A DNA stretch of 64,000 nt, taken from contig CAWEKG010000001.1 in assembly GCA_963809595.1 (NCBI GenBank), forward strand, positions 280,326 to 344,325, in the 5' to 3' direction. A program made the translations under genes and the position numbers. The DNA comes from an uncultured Chloroflexia bacterium. Its GTDB lineage: Bacteria > Chloroflexota > Limnocylindria > Limnocylindrales > CSP1-4. Under the pieces are notes generated by a model. That model was not told the DNA's origin and ran no database searches. It worked only from the letters and a program-made list of their open reading frames with translations. This document shows positions 46,063 through 56,525 of the stretch, in pieces (position 1 is the first letter of the stretch; each line of letters opens with the position of its first letter).

Positions 46063-48315
46063 CTACTCGACGTCGGCGTCGATGCCAGGCTGGGGTTCAC
46101 GCGGGACCCGGACCGGGCGGCCCTCCCGGTCCTCCAGCCGCTTCGCCGCGCGGCTGGCCACGTCGCGATCGGTCCCGAAGATCTCGAGATAGTGGAGGAA
46201 GATCGAGGAGAGCACGGCGGCGATCGGGATCCCGAAGATCGCCCCGGCCACGCCGGCGACCTTGGAGCCGATGATCACCGCGGCCAGGACCACGATCGGG
46301 TGGAGGCCGACGGCCCCGGCCATGAGTCGGGGCTGGAGGATGTTCATCACCACGAACCAGCCGACGCCCATGATCGCCAGGGTCGGCAGGATGAGCTCCG
46401 GGTTGGTGAAGACGGCCACGACGACCGGCGGCGCCCAGGACACGAACGGACCGAAGAAGGGGATGGCCATCAGGATCCCGGCCGCGGCCGTCGTCACACC
46501 GATGAGGGGCAGACCCAGGATCGCGCTCGCGCCGAAGGCGACCAGCCCGTAGGCCAGACCGATCACCGCCTGGCCCCGGAGGAAGCCGCCGAATGACCTC
46601 GAGACCGACGTCTCGAGCAGGGCGAACTCCTCGCGCCGACCGGGCGGGACCAGCCGGTTCACGAACGAGCGGATGCCGTCCTGGTCGATGACGATGTAGA
46701 TCGACAGGATGACGACGATGAGGACCGTGCCCATCGCGCTCAGGCTGGCGACCGCGATCGACTGGAGCGGCCCGACGATCGCCGACGCGTAGTCGCGCAG
46801 GAAGCCGAGGGCCTGCTGGGCGGCGTCGACCACGTCGACCTGGCTGAAGCCGAGCGTCTGGAGCCAGTCCTCGAGCGGCTTGAGGATGCTCGGCAGGTCC
46901 TCGACGAGCTTCGGGACGTAGGCGATGAAGTCGGCCACCGACCGGGCCAGGGTGCCGGCCAGGAAGACGATCGCGCCGATCACCACGGCCAGCAGGAGGA
47001 CGTAGACGATGGCCGCCGCGACGGCCCGCGGCAGGCCCGGGATGATCCGGATCATCCAGCGCACCAGCGGGCTCAGGATGAAGGCGATGAGCCAGGCCAG
47101 GAAGAAGGTCAGGATGACGTCGCCGAAGTCGAAGAAGATCTTGCCCACCATCCCGGTCACCACGATCGTCAGGGCGACCGCCCCGAGGACCAGGATGAGG
47201 TCGACGAGCTGGACCTGGCGCCGGGACAGGACCGGGATGCCGGCCGAGCGGCCGCCGACGTCGCCGTCGTCGTGGTCCCTGCCCGGCCGCTCGCTCATCG
47301 CAGGCCCATCCGGGATCGTCACCTCGATCATCGTCGCCTCGGCCCGGGGCCGGAGCCGCTCAGCGCCGGCGGCCAGGATCTCGTCGACCCGGTCCGGTCG
47401 CTCCATCAGCTCACGGTAGCGCTCCCGCGCCTCGGCGTAACGGGCGATGATCCGCTCGGCGAGCAGCTTCTTCGTGTCGACGCAGCCGGTCCGGGCGGTC
47501 CGCTCGCCCTCCCAGATCTCCTCGTAGTCGTCACCGAACGAGCGGTGGAGCTGGCAGACGTTGCAGACCTCCGGTCGGCCCGGGTCGGTCCGCAGGATCC
47601 GCTTCGTGTCGGTGACCATCGACATGACCTGCTTCCGGACGATCTCGGGCGGGGCGAAGATGTCGATCGTGTTCCCGAGCGACTTGCTCATCTTCCTCAC
47701 CCCGTCGGTGCCCAGCACGACGGGCGCCTCGGTGAAGACCGCCTGGGGCTCCGGGAACGTCTCGCCGTAGCGGCCGTTGAAGGCCCGGACGATCTCCCGC
47801 GACAGCTCGAGGTGGGCCGCCTGGTCCCGTCCGACCGGCACCAGCGAGGCCTTGTAGATGACGATGTCGGCGGCCTGGAGGACCGGGTAGGTCAACAGTC
47901 CGTGGTTGATGTCGTCGGGCTGGTTGAGCTTCTTCTCCTTGTAGGTCGGGGTCCGCTCCAGCCAGCTGACCGGGGTGACCGTGCAGAGCAGCCAGGCCAG
48001 CTCGGTATGCTCGGGACGATGGCTCTGGACGAACAGGGTGCAGCGCTCTGGATCGAGACCGAGGGCCAGCAGAGAGGCGGCCATCTCGCGGGTCCGGGCC
48101 CGCAGGAGCTCCGGGTCGTGGGTGCTCGTGAGGGCGTGGTAGTCGACGATGCAGTAGATCGCCTCGTACTCGTACTGGAGCCGGACGTAGTTCCGGATGG
48201 CCCCCAGGTCGTTGCCCAGGTGGACGATCCCGGACGGCTGGATCCCGCTGAAGATCCGCGGTCGGGCGGCCGGCGCGGCGATCGGCGCCGGCGCCGGGGC
48301 GAGGTCGACGGTCAT
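46063..48315 (-). CDS. trpS: tryptophan--tRNA ligase continuing without a stop codon into an AI-2E (PerM/UPF0118) family transporter
   Basis: A single open frame (ORF 46063..48426). Residues from MTVDL (ATG 48315) carry class-I aaRS motifs (GIQPSGIVHLGN, KMSKSLGN). From MSERPGRD (internal ATG 47298) onward there is an 8-TM AI-2E permease (FGGFLRGQ...PFFGPF...). Confidence 0.8.
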   Translation of the reverse strand: MTVDLAPAPAPIAAPAARPRIFSGIQPSGIVHLGNDLGAIRNYVRLQYEYEAIYCIVDYHALTSTHDPELLRARTREMAASLLALGLDPERCTLFVQSHRPEHTELAWLLCTVTPVSWLERTPTYKEKKLNQPDDINHGLLTYPVLQAADIVIYKASLVPVGRDQAAHLELSREIVRAFNGRYGETFPEPQAVFTEAPVVLGTDGVRKMSKSLGNTIDIFAPPEIVRKQVMSMVTDTKRILRTDPGRPEVCNVCQLHRSFGDDYEEIWEGERTARTGCVDTKKLLAERIIARYAEARERYRELMERPDRVDEILAAGAERLRPRAEATMIEVTIPDGPAMSERPGRDHDDGDVGGRSAGIPVLSRRQVQLVDLILVLGAVALTIVVTGMVGKIFFDFGDVILTFFLAWLIAFILSPLVRWMIRIIPGLPRAVAAAIVYVLLLAVVIGAIVFLAGTLARSVADFIAYVPKLVEDLPSILKPLEDWLQTLGFSQVDVVDAAQQALGFLRDYASAIVGPLQSIAVASLSAMGTVLIVVILSIYIVIDQDGIRSFVNRLVPPGRREEFALLETSVSRSFGGFLRGQAVIGLAYGLVAFGASAILGLPLIGVTTAAAGILMAIPFFGPFVSWAPPVVVAVFTNPELILPTLAIMGVGWFVVMNILQPRLMAGAVGLHPIVVLAAVIIGSKVAGVAGAIFGIPIAAVLSSIFLHYLEIFGTDRDVASRAAKRLEDREGRPVRVPREPQPGIDADVE

Positions 48316-48443
48316 GGTGGTCGAGTGTAGCGGACCCACCCGGGCGTCTCCGCTCGGACCGGCACCCCACCCGGGCCGGCCGCATGCGCCGGGGGCCCGG
48401 TCCGCTACCATCCGGGCATGCCCCACCCCGCCCCCTCGCGACG

Positions 48444-49691
48444 ATGAGCCGAGCCCCTCTGCGGGTGGCCGTGCTCGGCGCCGGGACCGTCGGCCGCGAG
48501 GTGATCCGGGCCTTCAGCCGGACACCGGAGCGGCTGGTGCCGGCCGATGGTGCCCCGCTCGTCCTGGTCGGTGTCGCGGTCCGCGACCTGGGGCGCCCGC
48601 GCGATCCCCTCGTCGACGCCGACCGACTGACCGACGCCCCGGCCCACCTGGTCGCCTCGCCGGAGGTCGACGTCGTCGTCGAGCTGATGGGCGGCGACGA
48701 GCCGGCCCGGACCCTGGTGAGCGCGGCCCTGGCGGCGGGCAAGCCGGTCGTGACCGCGAACAAGCACGTCGTGGCCCACCACGGCCCGGAGCTTGAGGCG
48801 GTCGCCCGCCGGACGGGCGTCCCGTTCCGGTTCGAGGCCGCGGTCGGCGGCGGGATCCCGGTCCTGCGGCCGATCGCCGAGGACCTGGCGGCCGACCGGA
48901 TCGACCGGGTCCGGGGGATCGTCAACGGAACGACGAACTTCATCCTCACGGCGATGACCGGCGAGCGTCGGGCCTACGCCGACGTGCTCGCCTCGGCCCA
49001 GGCCGCCGGCTACGCCGAGGCCGACCCGCGGGACGACGTCGAGGGCGACGATGCGGTCAACAAGCTCGTCATCCTGGCCCGGCTCGCGTTCGGCGCCTGG
49101 CTCGACCCGGCCTCGATCGAGCGCCGACCCCCGACCGTGACCGGGATCGGCCGGCCGGGGATCACCGGGGTGACCGCCGACGAGATCGCCGCGGCGGCGA
49201 TCCACGGCCTGACCCTCAAGCTCCTCGCTACGGCCGAGCGCGGCGTCGACGGGACGATCGTCGCCGGCGTGATCCCCACGGCCGTGCCCGCCGATGGTGC
49301 GCTCGGGCGGACGGCCGGCGTCCTGAACCGGATCGAGGTCGAGGGCGAGCCGATCGGCCGGGTCGCCTTCTCAGGACCGGGCGCCGGGGGTGCTGCCACC
49401 AGCAGCGCCGTCCTCGGCGACCTCATCGCGGTCGCCCGCCACGACGCCAGCACCTGGGCGGGGCTGGCTCCGGCCGTCGGACCCGCGCTGGCTGCGTCGT
49501 CACCCGACGAGGCGCCCTGTCGGCGCTTCTTCGCCTCGACCCTCCCCGAGCAGCTCGTCCGGGACCAGGTCGAGATCGAGGCCGCCAGGGGCGGCGGGTT
49601 CATCGCTCCCGCCCGCCCCCTCGACGAGCTCCGGGCCGGTCTCGCTGCGGCCGGGGTCGATGCCACCCTCTACCCGGTGGACGACCGGTGA
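48444..49691 (+). CDS. hom: homoserine dehydrogenase
   Basis: Frame of ORF 48384..49691 with ATG 48444. [37 protein letters not shown], and a C-terminal ACT-like region. Confidence 0.92.
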   Translation: MSRAPLRVAVLGAGTVGREVIRAFSRTPERLVPADGAPLVLVGVAVRDLGRPRDPLVDADRLTDAPAHLVASPEVDVVVELMGGDEPARTLVSAALAAGKPVVTANKHVVAHHGPELEAVARRTGVPFRFEAAVGGGIPVLRPIAEDLAADRIDRVRGIVNGTTNFILTAMTGERRAYADVLASAQAAGYAEADPRDDVEGDDAVNKLVILARLAFGAWLDPASIERRPPTVTGIGRPGITGVTADEIAAAAIHGLTLKLLATAERGVDGTIVAGVIPTAVPADGALGRTAGVLNRIEVEGEPIGRVAFSGPGAGGAATSSAVLGDLIAVARHDASTWAGLAPAVGPALAASSPDEAPCRRFFASTLPEQLVRDQVEIEAARGGGFIAPARPLDELRAGLAAAGVDATLYPVDDR

Positions 49692-50773
49692 GCGCGTCGA
49701 CCGTGCCGGCCCGCCGGCCGATCCTCGTCGAGCGCTACCGGCGATTCCTGCCGATCACCGATGCGACGCCGGCCCTGAGCCTGGGCGAGGGCTTCACCCC
49801 ACTCGTCCATGCCCGCAACCTCGGCCGGCGCTACGGTCTGCCGAACCTCTACCTGAAGGTGGAGGGCGCCAACCCGACCGGCAGCTTCAAGGACCGAGGG
49901 ATGGTCGTGGCCGTGGGCAAGGCCCTCGAGGCCGGCGCCCGGTCGATCGTCTGCGCCTCGACGGGCAACACCAGCGCCTCGGCGGCTGCCTACGGCGCGG
50001 CCGCCGGGCTCGAGGTGGTCGTCGTCCTGCCCAAGGGCCGGATCGCCATCGGCAAGCTCCTCCAGGCCCTGGTGGCCGGCGCCAGGGTCGTGGCGATCGA
50101 CGGCAACTTCGACGCCGCCCTCCGGATCGTCCGAGAGCTGGCCGAGCGGACCGAGCACCCGGTCACCCTGGTCAACTCCGTGAACCCCCACCGGCTCGAA
50201 GGTCAGAAGACCGCCGCCTTCGAGGTCTGCGACGACCTGGGCGGACCGCCCGACGTCCTGGCCATCCCGGTCGGGAACGCCGGCAACATCAGCGCCTACT
50301 GGGCCGGCTTCCGGGACTACCGGGCGGTCGGGAAGATCGACCGGCTGCCCCGGATGTATGGCTTCCAGGCGGCCGGAGCGGCGCCGATCGTGCTGGGCCA
50401 CCCGGTGGCCGAGCCGGAGACGATCGCCACGGCCATCCGCATCGGCGACCCGGCCAGCTGGTCGAAGGCGGTCGCCGCCCGGGACGAATCGGGAGGCCGG
50501 ATCGAGGCGGTCACCGACGACGAGATCCTCGAGGCCTATCGCGACGTCGCCCGGTACGAGGGCATCTTCTGCGAGCCGTCGTCGGCGGCAGGGCTGGCCG
50601 GCGTCCGGCGCCTGGCAGTCGAGGGCCGGCTCGGCCTGCCGCCGGAGGCCACGATCGTCTGCGTCCTGACCGGCAACGGCCTCAAGGACCCGACGACCGC
50701 CGAGACGCAGGCCGGCGGCTTCATCGACGCGGCAGCGACGACGGGGGCGGTCGTGACCGCCCTGGGCTGGTAG
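49688..50773 (+). CDS. thrC: threonine synthase
   Basis: 361 aa. GTGA overlap with hom. [16 protein letters not shown] carries the PLP lysine, and STGNTSAS is present. Confidence 0.95.
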   Translation: MSASTVPARRPILVERYRRFLPITDATPALSLGEGFTPLVHARNLGRRYGLPNLYLKVEGANPTGSFKDRGMVVAVGKALEAGARSIVCASTGNTSASAAAYGAAAGLEVVVVLPKGRIAIGKLLQALVAGARVVAIDGNFDAALRIVRELAERTEHPVTLVNSVNPHRLEGQKTAAFEVCDDLGGPPDVLAIPVGNAGNISAYWAGFRDYRAVGKIDRLPRMYGFQAAGAAPIVLGHPVAEPETIATAIRIGDPASWSKAVAARDESGGRIEAVTDDEILEAYRDVARYEGIFCEPSSAAGLAGVRRLAVEGRLGLPPEATIVCVLTGNGLKDPTTAETQAGGFIDAAATTGAVVTALGW

Positions 50774-50777
50774 CCCG

Positions 50778-51746
50778 ATGGCGACCAGGAACTGGCTGGC
50801 CGAGCTCGACGGGCGCCGGATGGTGGTGGAGGTCCCGGCCACCACGGCGAACCTCGGCGCCGGCTACGACTGCCTGGGCCTGGCCCTGGACCTGACCGAC
50901 CGGATCGAGCTCGAGGTCCGCAGCTGGAGCGGCGGTCGGATCGAGCTCGAGGTCGACGGCGAAGGCGTCGGCGAGCTCAGCGAGAACCGCGACAACCGCT
51001 TCGTCCGCGGTCTCGAGGCTGCCCTGGTGGCACTCCGGGGACCGCTCCCCGAGGGCGTCGGCTGGCGGGTCGCGATGCGCAACCGGATCCCCCTGGGCCG
51101 TGGCCTCGGATCGTCCGCCGCGGCCACCGTGGCCGGCGTCCTGGCCGGGGACGTCCTCGCCGGCGAGGGTCTCAGCCAGCGCCGGATGCTCGAGCTGGCG
51201 ACCGAGATCGAGGGGCACCCTGACAATGCCGCGGCGGCCCTCCTCGGCGGGCTCGTCGTGAGCGCGGCCATCGACGGCTCGGTGGAGAGCGCCCGGTTCG
51301 ACGTCCCGCGCGACCTCCGCTGCGTGGTCTTCATCCCCGACCTGCGCCTCTCGACCGAGGCGATGCGGGCGGCCCTGCCCGAGACCGTTCCGCTGGCCGA
51401 CGCGGTCGCCAACCTCGGGCGCGTCGCCCTCGGGGTCGCCGGGATCGCCGGCCGGCGGATCGACGTGCTTCGATTCCTCACGATCGATCGGATCCACGAG
51501 CCGTATCGGGCCGCGCCGTACCCACAGCTGCCCCGGCTGGTCGAGGCCGCCCGGGAGGCCGGAGCCCTGGGTGCCTGCCTGTCGGGTGCCGGCTCCTCGG
51601 TCATCGCCTTCATCGACCGGCTCGACGGGATCGCCCGGATCGAGGCCGCCTTCTCGGCCGCGGCGGCCGACACCGACCTGACCGGCCGGGTCGCCGTGGT
51701 CAAGCCGCGCAACGGCGGGGCGAAGGTCGTCAGCCGACCGGCTTGA
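50778..51746 (+). CDS. thrB: homoserine kinase
   Basis: 322 aa. VPATTANLGAGYD, the GHMP motif PLGRGLGSSAA, and HPDNAAAAL. Confidence 0.93.
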   Translation: MATRNWLAELDGRRMVVEVPATTANLGAGYDCLGLALDLTDRIELEVRSWSGGRIELEVDGEGVGELSENRDNRFVRGLEAALVALRGPLPEGVGWRVAMRNRIPLGRGLGSSAAATVAGVLAGDVLAGEGLSQRRMLELATEIEGHPDNAAAALLGGLVVSAAIDGSVESARFDVPRDLRCVVFIPDLRLSTEAMRAALPETVPLADAVANLGRVALGVAGIAGRRIDVLRFLTIDRIHEPYRAAPYPQLPRLVEAAREAGALGACLSGAGSSVIAFIDRLDGIARIEAAFSAAAADTDLTGRVAVVKPRNGGAKVVSRPA

Positions 51747-51767
51747 CGGAGGACGGAGACTCACCAC

Positions 51768-51956
51768 ATGGGCGAGTACATCCAGACGCTCGGCGGCTCG
51801 ATCTCGAACCTGTTCGGCGACGCGATCGCGGCCATCGGGAACGCGATCTCGGGCCTGCTCTCGACGATCGGGCGGGTGGTCCCGGGGGGCATCCCGGTGT
51901 TCGTGGTCCTGTGCGCGATCGCCGTGCTGGTCGGCCTCGCCACCCTCCGACGCTGA
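51768..51956 (+). CDS. hypothetical small membrane protein
   Basis: 62 aa, ATG after GGAGGACGGAG. A Gly/Ala/Ile-rich amphipathic N-terminus plus one TM helix. Confidence 0.5.
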   Translation: MGEYIQTLGGSISNLFGDAIAAIGNAISGLLSTIGRVVPGGIPVFVVLCAIAVLVGLATLRR

Positions 51957-51960
51957 CTCC

Positions 51961-52949
51961 TCAGGCTCGCTCCGGGCGGAGCCAGGCGACGACCCGCGCC
52001 TCCACCTGCAACCCCAGCGAGGCATAGAGGGCGTTCGCCGCCGGGTTGGCGGCCTCCGCGGCGATGATGGCCCGGGTCGCGCCCATCCCGGTCGCCGCGC
52101 GCAGGGCCGCTCGGCAGACGGCCGCTCCCGAGTCCCCGGCGCTGGTGATCCGGGACGACCCCGACCGGCTCCAGCTCCACGCCGAGGGTCAGCGGGTCCA
52201 GCCAGCCCAGGGCGAACGCCGCGACCGATCCGTCGGGCGCCCGGGCGACGAGGTCGAGGGCCGGTCGGTAGAGCGGCGTCGTCCGACAGAAGCGGTACTT
52301 CTCGACGGTCATCGTCGAGCCCGGGAAGGCGGCGTGCCCGGCGTCCACCCGGCCGGCGATGTCGGCCTCGGTCCGGACCGTCGCGAGGGTGTAGCCGGGC
52401 GGGATGGGCGGGCCGGTCAGGTCGAGCTCCGGCGATCGTCGCGGTGAAGTGGACGAAGCCCGGCTCGGATCCCCGGGTGCAGCCCAGCGCGACCAGGGCG
52501 TCGACGATCGGGGCGGCGGTCTCGACTGCCCAGATCCGGACCGGCTCCGCCCCGGCCGGACCGACGACGGCATCCCCGTCAAGCCCGCCGAGCCGGCTCG
52601 GGGCGGTGGCGCCGTAGCGCGACGCGCGCTCGTCCACCCAGTCGACCATCGGGCCGAGGAGGGCGACCGTGCGGTGGGCGGGATCGACCACGAGATCGGC
52701 ATCGCCGGGCGGTCCGTACCAGCCGAACCCGACGAGCTCGGTCGCGTCCGGCTCAGCGGCGTACCACAGGCGGATCCGCTCCTCCAGACCGGGAGACCGT
52801 CCGAGGGCGTGGACGGTCCACCAGTCGACGTCGCCGGCGTGGAGGTGCATCGCCGGCCAGTCGGCCACCCAGCAGCGCGCGACGAGCGCCTGCATCAGCC
52901 GGCTGTCGGCCGGAGTCTGCCAGGCCCGCGACTCGTAGGCCGCGCCCAT
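51961..52949 (-). pseudogene. GNAT-family N-acetyltransferase, two frame breaks
   Basis: Three collinear pieces in three frames: MGAAYESRAWQ...GSEPGFVHFT, then RRSPELDLTGPPIPPGYTLATV...VVPDHQRRGLGS, then AVCRAALRAATGMGATRAIIAAEAANPAANALYASLG...* (GNAT motif A). The breaks are near 52440 and 52120. Length 989 = 3n+2. Confidence 0.75.
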
Positions 52950-53712
52950 CAGGCCGGGACGTTCGCCCGGATGAACTCGAGGGTCCGACGCCAGGCGTCG
53001 GCCGAAGCCTCGGCGAAGTCGGCGGCCTTGCGGTCGAAGAACGAATGGGGAGCGTCCGGGTAGGTCACCAGCTCGTGGGGCGTGCCGGCGGCCGTCAGGG
53101 CGGTCTCGAACTCGGCCACGCACGTCCGGACCGATCCCGTCGTCGGCGCCGCCGAAGATGCCCAGGATCGGCGCCGCATCCGGTCCGCGAGGTCGACCGG
53201 CGCGGGCGAGGTCGGTCGCGCAGCCGACCGGCCAGCCGTAGAAGCCGATCGCTCCGGCCAGGTCGAGACCGAAGGTCGGAGTCGAGGAACGCGAGCCGTC
53301 CGCCGAAGCAGAACCCGGTCGCGAAGAGCGCACGGACCCGGCCGTCGGCGCGGAGCGTCTCGACGGCCGCGGCCACGTCGGCCTGGAGGCCCTCGATCCG
53401 GGTCTGACCGACATGGGGCATGTACTCGAAGTCACCGTCCCGCTTCGCCGCGCCGGCCGTCCGCCCGAAGTAGTCGATCGCGATCGCATCCGTGCCGGTC
53501 TCGGCGAACCGGAGGGCGAGCTCCTCGTAATAGGGATGGAGCCCGCGGACGTCGGGCAGGATCACGATCCCGGCCCCGGATCGGCGCGCCGCCCGGGCCC
53601 GGAACGCGGCGAACCGGTTGCCGTCGGCCGCCGTCAGGACGAGGTCCTCGTGGTCGAGCGACCCGCCCGCGATCGGCTCGATCGGCGGCCGGCTGTCGAG
53701 ATCGAAGCACAT
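52949..53712 (-). pseudogene. dienelactone hydrolase family protein, two frame breaks
   Basis: MCFDLDS...ATGFCFGGRLAF (ORF 53095..53973), then GLDLAGAIGFYGWPVG...ILGIFGGADDGIGPDVR (frame of ORF 50721..53489), then AEFETALTAAGTPHELVTYPDAPHSFF...* (ORF 52949..53179). The breaks are near 53274 and 53115. Length 764 = 3n+2. AGGAGGA precedes the ATG at 53712. Confidence 0.75.
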
Positions 53713-53802
53713 GGCGGCGTGTCCTCCTGGTCGCGAGGATGTCGGCTCCGGCTGGGCCGCGACCCGTATGATGACGCCAACCTGGCCGCAGGGAGGGTGA
53801 TC

Positions 53803-55147
53803 TTGGAGCCGTCGTCCCGCGGGCCCCTGACCCACGGCTTCCTGTTCGCCGACCTGCGAGGCTACTCGGCCTTCGCGGAGTCGCGCGGCGACGCCGCGGC
53901 CGCGGACCTGCTCGACCGCTATCGGGCGCTCGTCCGAGCGGTGGTCGGCGGACATGGACGGCGCCGAGATCAAGACCGAAGGTGACAGCTTCTACGTCGT
54001 CTTCCCCTCCGCCAGCCGGGCGGTTGCCGCGGGTCTGGCGATCGCCGCCCGTGCCGCCGAGGCGAACGCGGTCCAATCGGGAGAGCCGATCCGGGTCGGC
54101 GTCGGGATCCACGCCGGGGAGACCGAGGAGCGGGCAGAGGGCTACGTCGGGACAGCGGTCAACATCGCGGCCCGGGTGTGTGGGCTCGCCCGACCCGGGG
54201 AGGTCCTGGTCACGGAGACGGTGCGGTCGCTGACCCGGACGAGTGGTCGCTATCGCTTCGTGGCGCGAGGCCGTCCCGCGCTCAAGGGCATCGCCGAGCC
54301 GATCGCCATCTTCGCCGCCGAGGATGCCACGGCACAGCCGCTCGGGCCCGATCCATCCGCGCCGGGCCGTCCGGCCCGAGGACGGGCCGCGCTCGTCGTG
54401 GTCCTCGCCGGAGTCGCAGCCCTGGGCGTCGGAGCGATCGTGATCTTTGCTCCGGGACCGGGTCGTGTCGGCGATGGCGCCACGACCTCTGGGGGGTCGC
54501 TGGGTCTGGCTGCCGCATCGTCCGCATCGGATGCCGCGACCTCCACTTCGACCTCGTCTCCTACGCCGTCGGGGCCGACGGCATTCCACACCGGCCGGCT
54601 CGCCGCAGGGTCCTACATGACGACGGTCTTCGAGCCGACGATCGACTTCACCGTGCCGGACGGCTGGAGCGGGAACGTCGAGATCCCCAACTACCTGGAG
54701 CTGAGCCCGTTCGGCGTCGACAACGAGGGGCTGGCCTTCATGACTCCGAGCATCGGCTTCGTCCCGTGCTCGACGACGGAGTACACACCCCTGCCCGAGC
54801 GGCGCGAGGACCTCGTCGAGTGGATCAGGACGAACCCGGGGCTCGAGGTCGCCGTCGCCGGGACGGTCACCCTGGGTGGGGTCGAGGCCGTCGAGCTCCA
54901 GGTGGGTCTCGGGGATGGATGTCACGGGATGGCCGTCCAGCCACTCTTCCTGATCCGGAAGCTGGGCCAGAACTTCCTCGACCAGAACGACCGCTGGTCG
55001 ATCACGCAGGGTCGCGCATCACCCATCTTCGTCATGGACATCGGCGGCAGGACGGTCGTCGCCCTCATCGGCGCCTCGGACGCGAAGCTCGATGCGTTCA
55101 GTCGAGACGCCAAGACCGTCCTGTCGTCACTGGAGATCCCCCGCTGA
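53803..55147 (+). pseudogene. class III adenylate/guanylate cyclase with TM helix and C-terminal extracytoplasmic domain, one frame break
   Basis: N-terminus LTHGFLFADLRGYSAFAE...LVRAVV is in ORF 53413..53985. The continuation GAEIKTEGDSFYVVF...GIHAGE...VGTAVNIAARV is in ORF 53954..55147. The break is at CATGGAC near 53956. TTG 53803 follows GGGAGGG. Confidence 0.75.
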
Positions 55148-55205
55148 GGTCGCCGGCCAGTGGCCGCATCGGGGGCTCCGGGAGCCCGCTGCTACAATCC
55201 CGCCG

Positions 55206-56525
55206 ATGCCAGCCCCCCTCGTCGTCCAGAAGTTCGGCGGCTCGTCGGTCGCCGGGGCGGACCGGATCAAGCGCGTCGCGCGGCGGATCGCCCGCGAGCG
55301 GACGGCCGGATCCGACCTCGTCGTGGTCGTCAGCGCGATGGGCGACACGACCGACGAGCTCCTGGCCCTGGCCGCCGCGATCACCGACGAGCCGGACTCG
55401 CGCGAGCTCGACGTCCTCCTCGCGACCGGGGAGCACCAGAGCGCGACCCTCCTGTCGATGGCCCTCCACGCCCTGGGGGTCGCGGCGATCAGCCTGACCG
55501 GCGCCCAGGCGGGCATCCAGACCGACGGTCGTCACGGCCGGGCCCGGATCGCCGCCCTCGATCCCGCCCGGGTGCGCGACGAGCTGTCGGCCGGCAAGGT
55601 CGTGATCGTGGCCGGCTTCCAGGGCCAGAGCGCCACCGAGGCCGACAAGGCGGAGACGACGACCCTGGGTCGGGGCGGCTCCGACACCACCGCGGTCGCC
55701 CTGGCGGCCCGGCTCGGCGCCGATCGCTGCCAGATCTTCACCGACGTCCGGGGGATCTACACGGCCGATCCCCGGATCGTCCCCGACGCCCGCCAGCTCG
55801 CGGTCATCGGCTACGAGGAGATGCTCGAGCTGGCCCACCAGGGCGCCCAGGTCATGCAGGTCCGGGCGGTCGAGCTCGGCTGGGTCAACGACGTCGTCAT
55901 CGAGGTCCTGAGCTCGTTCGAGGACGCGCCCGGGCACGCTCATCAAGGAGGACCCGCTCGTGGAGCAGCGCAACAAGGTCCGCGGCCTGGCCCACGACCG
56001 GAACGTGGCCAAGATCACCCTGGTCGAGGTCCCCGACCGGCCGGGCGTCGCCCACGACATCTTCGAGCCGCTGGCCGAGGCCGGGATCAACGTCGACATG
56101 ATCGTCCAGAACGTGGGTCACGGCGGGGCCACCGACATGAGCTTCACGGTCGCCCGGGCCGAGCTGGCGAAGGCCAAGCGGATCCTCGAGCCGATCGTCC
56201 GCGAGCTCGGCTTCCGGGAGATGACCACCGACGCGTCGGTCGCCAAGGTCTCGATCGTCGGGGCCGGCATCCACAACGCGCCGGGCTACGCGGCCCGGAT
56301 GTTCGGCACCCTGGCCGAGGCCGGGGTGAACATCGAGATGATCTCCACCTCGGAGGTCCGGATCACCTGCATCATCGCCGAGGACCAGGTCGAGACGGCC
56401 GTCCGGGCGCTCCACGCCGCCTTCGAGCTGGAGCGGCCCGAGGTCCTCGCCGGGGATCGACCTCGTCCGCGACCGGCACCGGCGGTCCGGCGCCGACCGT
56501 GGTCGGGCGAGCTGAGCGGCCGTGA
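55206..56525 (+). pseudogene. lysC: aspartate kinase, frame break between the kinase and ACT domains
   Basis: The kinase domain ([10 protein letters not shown]...[10 protein letters not shown]...[10 protein letters not shown]) is in ORF 55092..56525, up to about 55932. The ACT domains ([21 protein letters not shown]...[12 protein letters not shown]) are in ORF 55960..57348, which has no stop near the expected end. The 3' tail returns to the first frame and ends in a GTGA overlap with birA. Confidence 0.8.

Noticed and set aside
47482-47570. Cys cluster in TrpRS (CNVC ... 23 residues ... C), considered as an Fe-S site like that reported for Thermotoga TrpRS.
   Set aside because: Only three Cys are present, and their spacing and order do not match the four-Cys motif I recall. 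The evidence is insufficient.
55960-56466. Interpreting the two aspartokinase ORFs as the normal overlapping alpha/beta subunit arrangement.
   Set aside because: In the known arrangement, beta is translated in the same frame as alpha. Here the ACT region is out of frame with the kinase domain, so an indel is required. The beta-start homology is noted in the findings but does not explain the break.
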